Shown piece after piece: positions 50,810 through 64,000 of a stretch of DNA of 64,000 nucleotides. A program made the translations under genes and the position numbers. The notes under the pieces are model-generated. The model saw nothing but the letters and a program-made list of their open reading frames with translations, was not told the origin of the DNA and ran no database searches. How positions within the stretch are numbered: the first letter of the stretch is position 1; every line of letters starts with the position of its first letter. Origin of the DNA: Girardia tigrina (Eukaryota); NCBI GenBank assembly GCA_001938485.1, contig MQRK01254795.1, forward strand, positions 23,526 through 87,525. Reading direction: 5' to 3'.

Positions 50810-51920
50810 AGGATGGGTTACAAAAGAGATTAGGAATAAAGACCAGGATAAATATGAAGGTACTTTCAAAATTGTCAGTCAGGTTCATGATAGACCGTAT
50901 AGACTAATGAGTAACGACGGTAAAGAATTGGTACGTTATGTGGAGAAATTAAAAAATTAAAAAGGGTGGATGTAAGGAATAGTAGCTATATTTTAATATA
51001 AATATTTTAATTTCAATATATTTTAAAGTCGTAATTTCAAAAAACAATAAATACACATGAAAAATACACTTATTAAAATTATATATATATTTATTATAGA
51101 CATATGTATAATACGGTTAAATTTAGAAAATTATAAAATTAAAACTCCTAAAATAGAACTTTGTTTAAATATTCAGAAATAACAAGAAGCGAAAATTTTA
51201 AAAAGCAACATTTTTTAATAGAATAAATTTTGTTTATGGACTCGAATTTTAACGAAGTTTGCGCTGCAAACAGCTTTTCTAACGTACATCATTGATGTTT
51301 TGCATGATTTCTGAGGCTGAGGTTCCACGTTTAAACTTTTATTTCATAATAGTTCGAATATTTGCTTTTCCATTTTTAAAAATACTGATTATGCAAACAA
51401 GTTATCAACAATTTTAATTAATATTTATCGATGTGTTCAATAGCTAAGATACGTATCAGTCCAAGAAAAAAACTGAGCAACGAAATGTTAAGTCATTGTC
51501 ATAATAATAAAAAAAATTTATTTACTAAAAAATTTATTTATTTACTATTTGAATTTATTGTAATCATGCGCACGAATTTTATACTTGCTACCTGATAATT
51601 ATTCATGCTAAAATACACGAAAGTATTTTTTATATTTAATTAATTTGTTAATAATGCTTATTGAAGCAAATTCTACAAATCCATCATACTTGTTCTAGTT
51701 TTCTGGAAGTAGTTATGACTTAAAACAAAATGCTTAAGATTGGCAATTGAGTCTCTCCTTCCAATAATCCTTCGATGTAGGCCACGGATCTTTTGGGGCT
51801 CTTTGAATAATTTTTTTAATCAAATGTTCTGGTTTATTTCGCCTTTATTTATTATACTTTGACAATATATTTATTATATATAATTTTTTCTTTCATTATT
51901 GATTTTCTTATTTCCTTACA
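50810..51920 (+). mobile_element. Gypsy integrase tail, polypurine tract (PPT) and 3' LTR (50971-51920)
   Basis: KDQDKYEGTFKIV...VRYVEKLK*, PPT AAAAAGGGTGGA, LTR termini TGTAAGGAA / TTCCTTACA. Confidence 0.7.
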
Positions 51921-54542
51921 ACTTATTCTTTTGCATATATACAGAATGACAGATGACAATTTTGGAGGAGATTTCATCTCTTAAACGGTGAAGAGAGATT
52001 ATCCCAGGATTCGTGAGACTCTTAATCGAGAAAACAAATTAAAAGCCTCAGTTAATCTGTTATTTTGGTTGACTAAATTTAATTATTGAAGAGTAATTCG
52101 AGTTAAAAAAAACTTTGGAATTGAAATTTCTTTTCTCATACAAGTTTCAAATTTTATTTATTGACGCCGTATTTCTGTTCGATCTAAAGTTGTCCCTCCA
52201 TCATTCAAATTAGACGATTTAAAAGGGTTTTTGGAACGTTTTACCGATTTTAGTTATGTCTTACCAATTTTATATCGATAATGTTAACTCGGTCGATTCC
52301 CAGATAATTATTATCTTCCTTTCAAATCAAAAGTAAAGAATTGTTTTCAAAAAATTTATTAATTGTTTAAAAATAAAACTATTTTAACAAATTGTGAGGA
52401 TTTTGGGAAACTCTTTTGAATTTTTGAATTAAAGCTAATAAAAAATTTAAAACTTATATACATATTACATATGACGGAGGAGCTGAATTTTCGTCTGAAA
52501 GTTTCAGCTTCAATTTTAAAATTGTAATTATTATAATTTATTATTTATTGTTTCGAATTCTGTGTTGATTCAATAGTCGGTCAATTAGAATAAAATTACT
52601 AAATTGATTTTTAGCAAAATAATTTGTAAATAAGTGATAGAAATTTTCATTTATCAATTGAATTATTATGTTATTAGTATTTCTAAAAAATTATCACGAA
52701 ATTCCTTCTAGGAATCATCCAAATCGGTATTATTCGAAATCGGTATTGATTTAACAATTTAACGACCCACACGGTTTTCAGTCTATTTCGTCGGCTTCCG
52801 GACGTTTTTCAGCAAAGGCGCTGTACCGACAGAACCGTGTTGATGCGGACTACCCGGACTAACTACGTCCTTAAGTGGATTCTCTCCAGTTCCTCCGCAA
52901 TTTCACATTTTATAGCATGACAGACAAACAAAAATATCTAACAAACAAAAAAACTAACATACTTTTTAGAAAAATATATTATATATTAACATTAATATTA
53001 ATAAAAGTAAAAAAAATAGAAATTTATTTGAAAATAAATAAAAACGATAAAATGTTGCAATATTAATAATATTTGAAAATAAATATTTTAGATATATTTA
53101 AAGTAATGAATTTTGTAAATTAAATAGTTTTGAAAACTAATTAAATATTAGATCTTAAGAATAGTTAAACAGAATTTAATAAACTTTTATGAAGTAAATA
53201 CAATCTGAAGAAAAATAAATATCATAATGAATAATAAAAAATAATGGAGTTTAATTAAATTTTCATTCAAAAGAAAATTCAATATTTAAAGAAAATACAA
53301 AATTAATACATAAAATATTGGAAAATATTTTATGTTTATAATTTAAATAATTTTAAATTAAAAAAGTTTCATAAAATTAAATACGAGAGAAAATTTCGAA
53401 AATAATAAATTTACATATATTTATAATTACAATTATTTTACTAATTATTTGAAATAAAATGTATTTGGAGTATCTACAATTATTATTTTAAGACTATTTT
53501 AATTGCTGCAAAGATTTTTATTCAATAAAAATAATAATAACAGAAAATATATTTAAATAAAATGAAATTAAATGTTTAACAAAACTAACATCCTACAATT
53601 GGGACAATATTAATTGATTTACTAATATACAAAAATTTATTATAAAACAAGATTTTTTGTTTGCCAAGACGGGACTTTATCTGATTGTGTGAAATCCTCT
53701 TTCGTATGCTTTTGTGTGTGGATGTTATATTTTTTTTTTACTTTTGTACAGAGTCTTGGTTTCGTTAGTTGTTTTTTTATTTTGTACATAAGTTTTCCTG
53801 CGTGCGAAGAGTGTGATGAGGATGATTTTTTTGCGATACGAAATATAGTGATTGATTATGTTTACAAGTCTTAGATATATTGTAACAGTCATACTGATTT
53901 TTATTTATAAAGACTAGATTACCGGCAATTAAATTAGATGATAAATGATTAGAAAAATTAATTTCCTTGATTTGATGTTCCGATATATCAAACATGTGTT
54001 TAAAAACATCATTATTCCCTGACATTCGCCGTGTTAACAAGGTTATATATTATTTCAATGACAGTGAATAAAGAATCGTATTTTCTTTATACAATATCAC
54101 GGAAGATAATAATAATACTGGATTTTAAATCTGAAATAATAAATCAATATTATATATTGACGCAATTAAATTAACTATTTACCTTTTGCCAACTCAATGC
54201 GATTTTTTTATGTTTTATGAATGTTAAATTGTGATATGAAAATACAGTTAGTAACATTATATTTTTCATGTTCATTATTAGCTATTAGATTGTTTGTTTT
54301 ATTTATTTTCAAGTAAAATCTACTATCTTCATAATAGTCGTGAAAATAGTAAATTTTCTTATATTTACGAGTAGAATTTACTATTTTGTGATTGGCGAAA
54401 TAGTAACTTTTACACTGGTGTCAGAAGTGGGATCTGATGAGTGATTATTTTTGTGTTGTTCTGTGTTGTTTGATTCTTTTGAAAAAAAATTATGTTCCGA
54501 TGTAACTGTAGATGTCTGAGTTGGTTTTTTTAATTTAATAAA

Positions 54543-55713
54543 TTACCATTCAAAGTCAGATAGGTAACTCTTGTACACAACAGAGGTCGTATATGTAGAT
54601 AGGGACAGGGCAGATGCCGATTGACCCGCACTCTTCTGCTCAGTCCAGGAATAAAGATAATGGAGGGAAAGACACTTTCTCAGAAAAGTAGCAACTTTGT
54701 CCTTCTCACAACGCCCGAATGGTGGAGGAGATGTGATAATCATCATTAAAGAGTCGGATAGTGATGGAAGTAGAAGAAGAGTCATCACCAAAGCGAATAG
54801 TAATGCCAAGACTCTTCAAGGAAAAGATTGCGTGCTGAATTTTGTTCCATCAGTACTTATATGCACCCGGTGCAAATTCATTATTAATCCATTTAAAGAT
54901 CTCAGCTCTAGAAATTTTATTGGATGCATGTTTTAGGGTTATTCATACTGCATCCTTCACAAAGTTATCAAAAGAGTTAAGAAGATAGAAGCTGTGTGTA
55001 ACGGATTGCACCAAATATTCATCAAAGACAGATGTTAAACCAACACCCCCATGTTGTTTGTCAGTGTAGAGATAAGAGTTCAAAGCATAGTGAGGAAGGT
55101 TCAAAAAATCTTTGTGCTCTTTACGGGCAACGATTTTCCAACCCGTTTTACAAGCGGGAAAGGGAATATAGATATTGCGGAAGTAGAACACCATTTTTGG
55201 ATGAACAAAAGTTTGGTAGGTATGAAGTTTCTGAGACGGGAAGAGAACAGAATTTTTCAGAATGATCAAGTCAGCGAGAACATCTTCAATTACTTGCTCA
55301 CGTGTGTGATGGAGGAGACGAGAGATGAAACAACCCAAATAATCAGCCTTCAAGTGAGGAATTGGTTGATAATCTAAGAAGATCATATTGTCAGCACTAT
55401 ATGGAAAATCCATATATGCGCATTTTGACCGTTTCAATTCCATGCCGATAGCTTTAATGTACTTGGAGGCACAGTTCACAAAGGTGGTAAGAGCAATTTC
55501 GGAGAGGCCAAAGAGCACAAGATCATCGGCATAAGCCATACAGAAAATGGTGGAGGTACCAATCTTAACTGCGCTGCGACACAGAATAGAATCAAGTTTG
55601 TTAAGGATCGGATTAATACCTATATTAAACAGGAGCATTGACAGGGGACACTCCTGTCTAACTCCAACTGGGACTGCTACCCGGTCCGTTGCTTCACCTT
55701 CACAAATTATCAT
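54543..55713 (-). mobile_element. Reverse transcriptase/thumb fragment of the same NeSL-like REL LINE family
   Basis: GVRQECPLSMLLFN, AYADDL, HGGVGL. It ends in TSVVYKSYLSDFEW, homologous to TSVVYKSLLYDFEW of the 21-kb copy. The family 3' tail also occurs at ~53630-53680. Confidence 0.88.
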
Positions 55714-56236
55714 TTATAAATTAATAATAAAATAAAATTCGGAAAAATTATCTATGAACGAATACCCATTGAACTGATATTTTTACATTTGTAAAAATCA
55801 TAAAATTAATCATAAAATTTATTATTTTACGTCGCGTCAATTCTCATTTCAGTTAACTCATAAAGCAATCAAATGGAAAGAAACAATAATCTTTTTTAGT
55901 AATAATTAACGGAATTCCCATCAGTCGTATTTTATTTACTTCTCAGATGATAGCAGAAAAATGAAAAATTTCTATTAACGGAGCTGAGAAATGATTCAAT
56001 AATCTTTTTAAGTTACAAAGAGACTATCGGCAAAACCCAAAAAAAGTTAAAAAAAACGAATTCGAACGTATTAAAACGCAATAATTTACGGTAGAGTCAA
56101 GTCAGTCGTTCAAAACCAATTTGGTTTAGGGGAAAACATTTTTCAACTAGAATTAAATAATTCGGTTAAATATTTTGCTACAATAAGTTGATAATAAAAA
56201 TAAATAAATAAATAATGAAATATTTAAAAATAAACA

Positions 56237-56278
<42 letters not shown>

Positions 56279-57391
56279 TATTAAATTAAATAAAACAAAT
56301 AATTAAATAAATAAATTAGTAAATAAATCAACAAAAAATAAATAAAATAAAAAAATCAAATAATATTTGGACTGTAGTCCCAAACTTGGACGGTAAGTTC
56401 TAATTAATCTGCTGTATTCTTCTAACATAGATCGTTCGGATTATCACTTATTTCCTTTATGTCCAAAGATTTCATTGTTTGAGGAAAAAATTATAAAAAT
56501 TAAATAATTTTCTTTCCAAATTAAAAGAATTAGTTGTACCTTATCTATGGGGAAAAGTAAATTTTCAAATTTTATTTGTTTAGGTTCGTCATCAAGTTAT
56601 AGCTTTCAGCCTGCTAATTATGTTACTGATACTTTAAAATTACTGACGATCTTTGAAATGTTCTTATAACAATCAATGATACTTTTCATCTCCTCTCTGA
56701 ATCAAAAGAATTTGGCCTACGAAACATTTAAGTTAATTTTTAAAGATAGAATTGGTCAACTGAAAGTTCCCCTTTTTTCTTTTTTAATGTCTGAAATTTC
56801 TTTTTTTATGGTCTCCATTACTAAAAATTAAAATTATCCTTCTCAAGGTGGCCCAAAAACCATGTTCCCTCTAAGCTTGCGTCACTTGTGTGCGCACTTT
56901 TTTCAAAATAAAAAAAATTGTGAAATTTATGTAATAAAAACAATTATAATAATATTCGTACCCAACGAAATTTTATATCTACTTACACCAATTGATTTGA
57001 TCTTACAACATATTATTTATACTACAAACATCATGGTGTAAGACAATAAAAATATACTATAAAGCTAAATTAAATCATTAGTTATTGAGGACAGAATTTG
57101 GGTTATAGTGTTTTACACGTAATTTAGTCCAGTGTGCAAATAATTTAATTTATGTGCTTTAATATTATAAAATAAATTTTTTAAATTTTAAAATAAAAAA
57201 TTGAATTAAGTTGTTTATACGTTTGATTTAAATGTTTTATAATATTTTAGTAAAAAATCCTTACAAATGCCAAATATCTTTATTCAACACAAGGTTTCTG
57301 ATGATGAACGGCGTGTTATTATAAAAAAAAATATGAAGAAGGGAAAACTTCTGCATAGAACGGAGCTGAAATAGAGAATTATAGAAAAACT

Positions 57392-58630
57392 GTGACTTCC
57401 ATTATCAAATTATCAAAGAATAAAAAAGGGAGAACCACGCTAAGGGAACTCGGTCTGGTAATCAAAAGTAATATGCTTACCCTAAGAAGCAAAAAAGCAT
57501 TGATTGAATTCTGGATATTTCCTATCGTATACTATGGCTCAGAGAACTGGCGTACAAACGAGAGCATCATCAGAAAACTTGAAGTACTACAAAACACGTG
57601 CACAAGGACTACACGTAATGTAGATAAGAAAGATCATATCAGAATGGACTCGATCAGTATCGAATTAGATCATCCAGTGAACATCGTTGGCACGAGACAA
57701 CTTTTGTTCAACGTCCCCTTGGCAACAGGAAAAGGTCAGCTATGTGAGCGAAGAATTCTGAAAAGCACTATGAAATGCAATAGAAAGATCGCCGTAAGAA
57801 GCAGGCAGAAACTCGATGAATCCGTATGGATGGATGCAGAATGGCTGTTCGGAGAGACCGCCTCTGTTAACTCTGTTATCAGCCTGTTAGCAGATGACAC
57901 TCAACTCCGAATGCTAGACAGGCTCGATCATTTAATCCACAACAGGAGTATCGTAGAGAGGAAGACCGAAGATCTTCCGAAACTGATCAAATCGAGAATG
58001 AAAATGGTCCAATATCACTACGAGCTTTGCAAGAAGGCTATTGTCGAAAAAAGGAGCTCAATAGACATATCAAAATGGATCATGAAACGGCACCGGACAA
58101 GCAGAAACCTTATTCACGTCAGTACTGCTCCATGAGCTATGGATCAATGGGTTGGCTGACCAGACACTACAAGACAGGTCACACGGAAGAAGCAAATCAA
58201 TCCAATAAAATCCAACAGAAGCATCAAAGAAGAAAAGCAGGTGACTGTTGTGATGGCGATTTGTGTGGTGGGCTAAAAAATACCAGGAAGAAGGAAGATA
58301 ATCCAACAATCACAAGCTGTATTCTGGTACGGATCGTCGATATGAATGTTTTAACGAATCTCTTGGAAACGATCTCCTTAGAAGTGTTACATTTCCGTTT
58401 AACGGATTTATCTGAAAAAGGAAATTTCAACTGTCCCTTCGCTGGCTGTTCCAAGTCCTCAGGAACGGCTAAAGGAATGGAACATGGTTGGTCGTTTTTT
58501 ACTTGGACACCCTAAGCGGAAAGCTGAAAACCTCGTAGGAGGCCTATTGGGGAGCTACTAGGGCTTTTTAGTTGTGGTGGACCCTCTAAAGAGCCTACGG
58601 CTCAATACCATTGAAAGAGATGGGAGGCCC
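57392..58630 (+). mobile_element. RTE-like LINE C-terminus with multiple C2H2 zinc fingers and a structured 3' tail
   Basis: IFPIVYYGSENW...LEVLQN, then degenerate C2H2 units (ELCKK..LNRHIKMDH; QYCSMSY..GWLTRHYKTGH; CPFAGC). Confidence 0.8.
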
Positions 58631-59035
58631 ATAGCCAAACATTGTTATCTTGAGATTAAATGACAATACACATTGCCTGTTCTAAATCAAGTCGACATTT
58701 AGAAATAGTTAATTTTTAGCCCTTAACTTTTTAAAATACATATATACGTATAAATCGTTTGTAATTCAAGGGTAACTAAAAATAATAAAACAATATGAAA
58801 ACCAGAAAGGAACCCTTCCATACGTGAATGAAATCAAAGTACTCTCTTCATAAAAAATACAAAACGTTTAAATCACATTAAAAACAAATACAAAAATAAT
58901 ATATTATTGAAGAAATAACTGTTGATTTTTTATATTAAAATATTTTTTTATATTAATAAAAAAATTACATTTAAAATTTGTTTGATCTAATTCATGTATA
59001 ATTTAATATATAATCTGATTATTATGAAAATTATT

Positions 59036-59036
<1 letters not shown>

Positions 59037-59081
<45 letters not shown>

Positions 59082-59145
59082 GAATAATAATAAGAATAAT
59101 AATAAGAAGAATAATAAGAAAAATGAGAATAATAATAATAATATT
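59037..59145. repeat. (AAT)n/(AAG) microsatellite
   Basis: Direct trinucleotide run. Confidence 0.95.
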
Positions 59146-59572
59146 AATATTGATAATATAGTTTTTTTTATTAATTAATTAATTATCTTTTTTATCATTT
59201 TTAAATATTTAAAATGACAATAATGAAGCTGTTCTTCTAAATATAAATACCAATTATAAAGAGTAACATCAATAATAAATAAATAATTAATTGTATTCAC
59301 ACAATATATTACCTCTATATTACTTCAGTTTATTTATTTATTTATTTATTTTTATAATTAATAATATTATTATTATAAAAAATATTTTCAACAACTTTAG
59401 ATTACGAATAGACTTTTCACACAGAGTTTTCATCAATATTGGATTAATGATAAATTATTATAAAATAAATAATTAATTAATTTCCAACTATGGGAAATTA
59501 TTTTTTCCATATGTGACACTTGTGCAAATTGATTTGTTTCCATTCGATTGCATCTGAGAGTTGCTGGCTCAA

Positions 59573-59602
59573 CCAATCGCGATTCTCCTCTCATCTATAT
59601 AA
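59573..59602 (+). promoter_or_regulatory. Putative CCAAT and TATA boxes of the neuropeptide gene
   Basis: CCAAT at 59573 and TATATAA at 59596, ending 34 nt before the ATG. Confidence 0.45.
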
Positions 59603-59636
59603 CAATAGTAAACCATTATCCTCTTATAGTGTAAAA

Positions 59637-59885
59637 ATGATATCCAAATTTGAGATTTCCCTCCTCCTCGTGGTGGTAATTTCTATCTTTGGTGGACAGG
59701 TAAACAGCAAAAACATCCCTATGGCACTTTCCAAAATTCCATCCTCAAATGACTTCGGTGACAATTCCGAATATCAATATCCGTATGGGTTTGGAGCCAT
59801 GAAACGGATGGGTGGTAGATATCCTCACCGGATGGACAGACGGAACTGGGAAGATTTTTTTGGTGGTTCTCGACAACGATTTTGA
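59637..59885 (+). CDS. Secreted neuropeptide-like precursor, 82 aa, single coding exon
   Basis: Signal peptide MISKFEISLLLVVVISIFGGQVNS. Dibasic sites KR and RR would release ...YQYPYGFGAM, MGGRYPHRMD and NWEDFFGGSRQRF. Confidence 0.75.
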   Translation: MISKFEISLLLVVVISIFGGQVNSKNIPMALSKIPSSNDFGDNSEYQYPYGFGAMKRMGGRYPHRMDRRNWEDFFGGSRQRF

Positions 59886-61517
59886 AAGATAAGAAAAAAA
59901 ACGTTGAGATGAACCTAGTAACCTTTTTTTAATGCTTGTGACATTTGATTTTAATAATAGAGTTTTGCTTCAATAGTTGTTTATGAAACTGTTAGTTTAG
60001 AAATTATTATTATTATTATTATTACTATTGTTATTATTATTTTTCAAAATATAAAAAAAAACAATATTTTACAATTACAATAGAAATAAATTTCGAAAAA
60101 ATTAATATATAATTTTTGTTTTTTAAACAATTTTTTATTAATTTAATTAAGTATTTTTTCAATGAAATTTTATTTTTTATTTATTTGTAACATCCGTTTT
60201 TTGAATAAAAATATAAGTGAATAGAAAATTTTTTTTGGTTATTATAGAAATAAATGTTTTGATTAAAATATTATTTATTTTTTATATATAAAATTTTATT
60301 TATTGGTTCTTTTTTTGATAATTTTTACAAAAAAAAGATTTTTTATTATCATAAATATTAAGGGCCCAACCCTTGCGGGGTTATTGTGGACGAAGTTCGT
60401 GTCGGCAATTAAAAATAATTAAAAAAGAAATTAATTCATTCAAATCTCACTTTAAATTTAAATTTATTTAAATTAACTCATTAGTACAACTTTTTTCTAT
60501 TCTTTTTTTCTTTCTTTAATTAAATAAATAATCATTTTGTTTTAATTTTTTGCAAGACCACTTTTATAGAAATGGAATAAATAATAAGTTGTCAAATTTC
60601 CGTTTGAATGAAGGATTCAAATCGAATAAATTTGTAAACTGTACAATAAATTATTTTTTAAATAAGTATAAAGCATGAAACAGTTATAACACCATGAGTT
60701 CAGTAAAGCATCATGTAAGGGTACAGAAGGTTGTGAGCTTAGGGACTTAAACATGGTTTTCATGGGTTCTAAAGAAGGAAAGACAGTTGAAAACCTAAAA
60801 CTATTAATGATGTTCCTCTCGAATCGTTTTGAAAAACCATTAACAATAAATAACTTAATTAAATAATTTTCATATTTCATATTATTTAGAAAAATCATTT
60901 ACTTATTTGAATGATAAGAGATCTTTGCATGTTTAGGATAACCAATTTTTAATTAAAGCAGTTGAGGTATTAAATTCTTATTGAGTGATCAAGGAGTAAT
61001 CCTGAACATGGTTTTGACTTTTCATCTGTATAATATAACGGATAGAGGGATATTCAAATATCCCTTCCCATGTAGAACTAAGTGAGTTCATACAGGAAAA
61101 GCCGTACTAAACCACAATGGGATTACGATTGGTCATTTTAGTTGCAAACCTAAACGTACCCGTGTACGGAAGACTTACATTCTTGCATCCAAAGTCGTGT
61201 GAGAGAATTATAAGCTGTTATGTTTTCATTCCATACAGAGTCTATGATTCATTACTTTGTGCGCCAATACTGAGTTTCGCTGTTTACTATGTATACACAG
61301 TTATCCGTCACAGTCGGGGGAGGCTTATTAAAATATTTAAATATTAATGAAAAATTTTAAAATAAAATATGTTTAAGATATGATAAAAAGGAAAGGGAAA
61401 AGTTATTCTCAATTTTAAAACATTACTAAGGGCTGATTGTTGCATTAGAACAAGCTTTTATCATTTCAAAAAGATCCGAGAAAATTGTTACCTAAATCTT
61501 TTGGTAAGGCATAAAGA

Positions 61518-61565
<48 letters not shown>
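61518..61565. repeat. (AAT)n microsatellite
   Basis: Direct trinucleotide run. Confidence 0.95.
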
Positions 61566-62643
61566 CAAGGAATATAAAACTAAAATTATGTATTTCAATA
61601 ATTAATAATAATTACTTGTGCGCATAATAAATTTATTGTGTTATTAGTAAATATTAAATTACACAATTAAGTTGTAAATTCTTTGTATAAAATTTTCCCT
61701 TCTACAAAAGATAAATAAAATTCTGTTGGCCAAGAAGAGTTCTGTCCACATAAAGGAAGGATATTATTTTCTTTGATTTATTAGTCTAAAATACAATTAT
61801 ATGAAAACCTAATAAATACAACAGAAAGATCAAGAGAAGTGAATGTGAATGGCGCAAACAAGAAGATGAGTCTCAAGGGTCATAATGTTTCTTATGTTAC
61901 CAGTTTTCTTTTCTCAAATACTCTGACTGCAATTTGGACGAGTTCCTTTGGTTGTAGAAAAATATAATATTTTTTAGGCTTCCCATTTCACCGTGTAAGT
62001 AACAAAAACGTACACTTTTAGGTAAAAAATCGATGGTGATTGAATTATTTTTGAATTGTTATTTAATTAATGAAGAGTCCAGATATTTGTGTACATTCCT
62101 TTGGTAGAAATACGCCAGAAGACATTCGGAATAGGGAAATAATTTTGGTTATCTTGCATTACATATTAAAGTATCATTGGGTGGAGGTATTAAAACAAAT
62201 AATCACAGATTCCTTTTTTTTCTTGTGCTATTTTACATTTAAATAAAAATTATTATTTATGATTTTCATTGACCTTCGCTACTTGAGATCAATGAACCAC
62301 TACCTAAAACTTTAATTCTTGTATAAAAATGAAAACGTTGATCACTAACCTTGAATATATAAATATGGAAATCATTAAAAATAAAGTGTAAATATCAGTG
62401 AAACAAACTCAAAATAAAATCTTCTCCCATTACAAATCTTTATATATGTACATATATATATTAATAGTTGATGTTTCACGGTGCTAGAGTTATTAGTTTT
62501 GCGAGTGTATTAAAAGAATTGAAATAAAATTTCCAATAACTTATTTCTAAGAGGATGGATTCCACAATCAAAAAATTTGCAAATTTTTCTTTCTTGGATT
62601 CGAAAATGATTTCATAAGACAACACAAACAAACCTAACGCCAT

Positions 62644-63230
62644 TGTAACGATATCGATGCTCGAGACCACCACGAATGTCAGTCAGATCAAATAGGGTGG
62701 TGGACAGATCCAGGAGTGTCCGATCAGTCAGTTGGTTCACCAACAGAATGACGAGAACCCGGTGGAGGGCCACATTTATTGATTGGTTTTACAATTAACG
62801 GCGATGGTCTCAAATAAATCCACATCCTTTTCTTTTACCTTTTGTCCTTTATTATATTCTTTTTTCTTACCAGTTCTTTATATCAAATTTTAATAAATCT
62901 CAATACTTAATGTTTTGTTTGTGATTTCTTCCTTAGGAATTTATCAATTCTTCCACCTACATCCTTGTATATTCAATCTTGTTTGCAAATATTTCTTGTT
63001 TGTATGATGGCTTTACTTATTCTTTCAATGATACTATTCAAATTGTGGTGATAAGGACTTGAATACTTGAACTTTGATGCTCGATTTCTAAGCTAGTTCT
63101 TTCAAGGAGAATGAATTATATGCCTTACCTCTGACTAAATGTACACAATAAGGTGAAGACCCTTCTCAACTTCTTGGTTTTGGCATTTATAATCTCTACA
63201 AAGATCTCTTTCCACTGATTCATTTTAACA
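62644..63230 (-). mobile_element. Decayed Gypsy integrase, PPT and short LTR (62644-62824)
   Basis: FKYSSPYHHNLNSIIER; PPT AAAAGAAAAGGA; LTR TGTGG...TTACA containing AATAAA. Confidence 0.6.
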
Positions 63231-64000
63231 TTGAATTAAAACGAAAATACGAACATGAAATAGTAGAAACTAGAATGATAAATTATTACTTTATTAAATG
63301 AGTATATTTAATTAAAAATGTTATTTTTATTAATTACTCGTCTAAATAAACTGATTTTAGTAATTACTTGTTTAAATAAAACATTTTTTAAAACAAATTG
63401 CATCTTTTTTGCCTAATGCGATCGAATTTAAAGTCAATTTTCAAATAAATTTGCAACGAAGTGCAAAAGACATAACGAGAGACGCGCCCAAAAGATCGAG
63501 TATCTCTACTTTGTAAGAGAAATATTTAATAAATAAAATAATCTCAAAATTGCTCTTTTTATATCCGGAACAAGTAAAGTGTGACCAAGAGAATTCGGAG
63601 AAGGATATACGAAGATTGTACAATCCCTTCATTTGTTCAAAGAGGCACATGAATTTGCGTATTTCGTCTGTAATAAATATATATTTATTTATGCAATAAT
63701 AAACAATTAATTGTATTAATAGAGAAGAATAGACAAAAGAATGAAATTCTAATGACAAATTATTTGTTGTTCGGATTTTTAATATATGTATAAATATAAA
63801 ACAATACTTCCCAAAATATACGATGTAATGTTGAAACAAATAACAGGAAAAAGACAAATACAAAGAAACTTTAATCGAACATTCTCAATGAAGTAAATAA
63901 CTATAAATATATAATTTACACATTAAAATATAAGCATAATGATTATGTATAAAAAAAACCGTATTTATAAATTTATTTCTTTCACAAATCAACATAGTTC

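Noticed and set aside
51947-52335. Same-frame protein-like stretch after the LTR
   Set aside because: Five stops and no recognisable domain; too weak to call.
63441-63863. 140-aa hydrophobic minus-strand ORF
   Set aside because: F/I/Y/L bias expected from AT-rich DNA, non-ATG start and no motif.

Overview
Very AT-rich eukaryotic DNA, most likely from an invertebrate animal (short GT-AG introns, a nuclear receptor, a neuropeptide precursor, metazoan transposon families), with four assembly gaps. Three plausible host genes are present. (1) The terminal ligand-binding-domain exon of an NR1-type nuclear receptor (4493-5220,+); its upstream exons are not in the window. (2) A complete 4-exon DENR gene (27379-23109,-, 175 aa) whose second intron is filled by an AT-rich tandem repeat. 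(3) A single-exon secreted neuropeptide-like precursor (59637-59885,+). Most of the rest is decayed, often nested transposons: Tc1/mariner, pogo/Tigger, MULE, hAT, piggyBac-like and Transib/Chapaev-like DNA elements, Gypsy LTR pieces, a Penelope with a hammerhead motif, RTE LINEs and NeSL/R2-type REL LINEs. The most notable observations are a structure-conserved RNA motif at the 3' end of two zinc-finger LINE copies, a twin-priming-type 5' inversion in an RTE, two orphan 5' host-gene fragments (stathmin-like and SPEN-like), a neuropeptide ending RF-stop where an amidation Gly would be expected, and a receptor with no clear AF-2 helix. All calls come from reading motifs by eye; no database searches were run.
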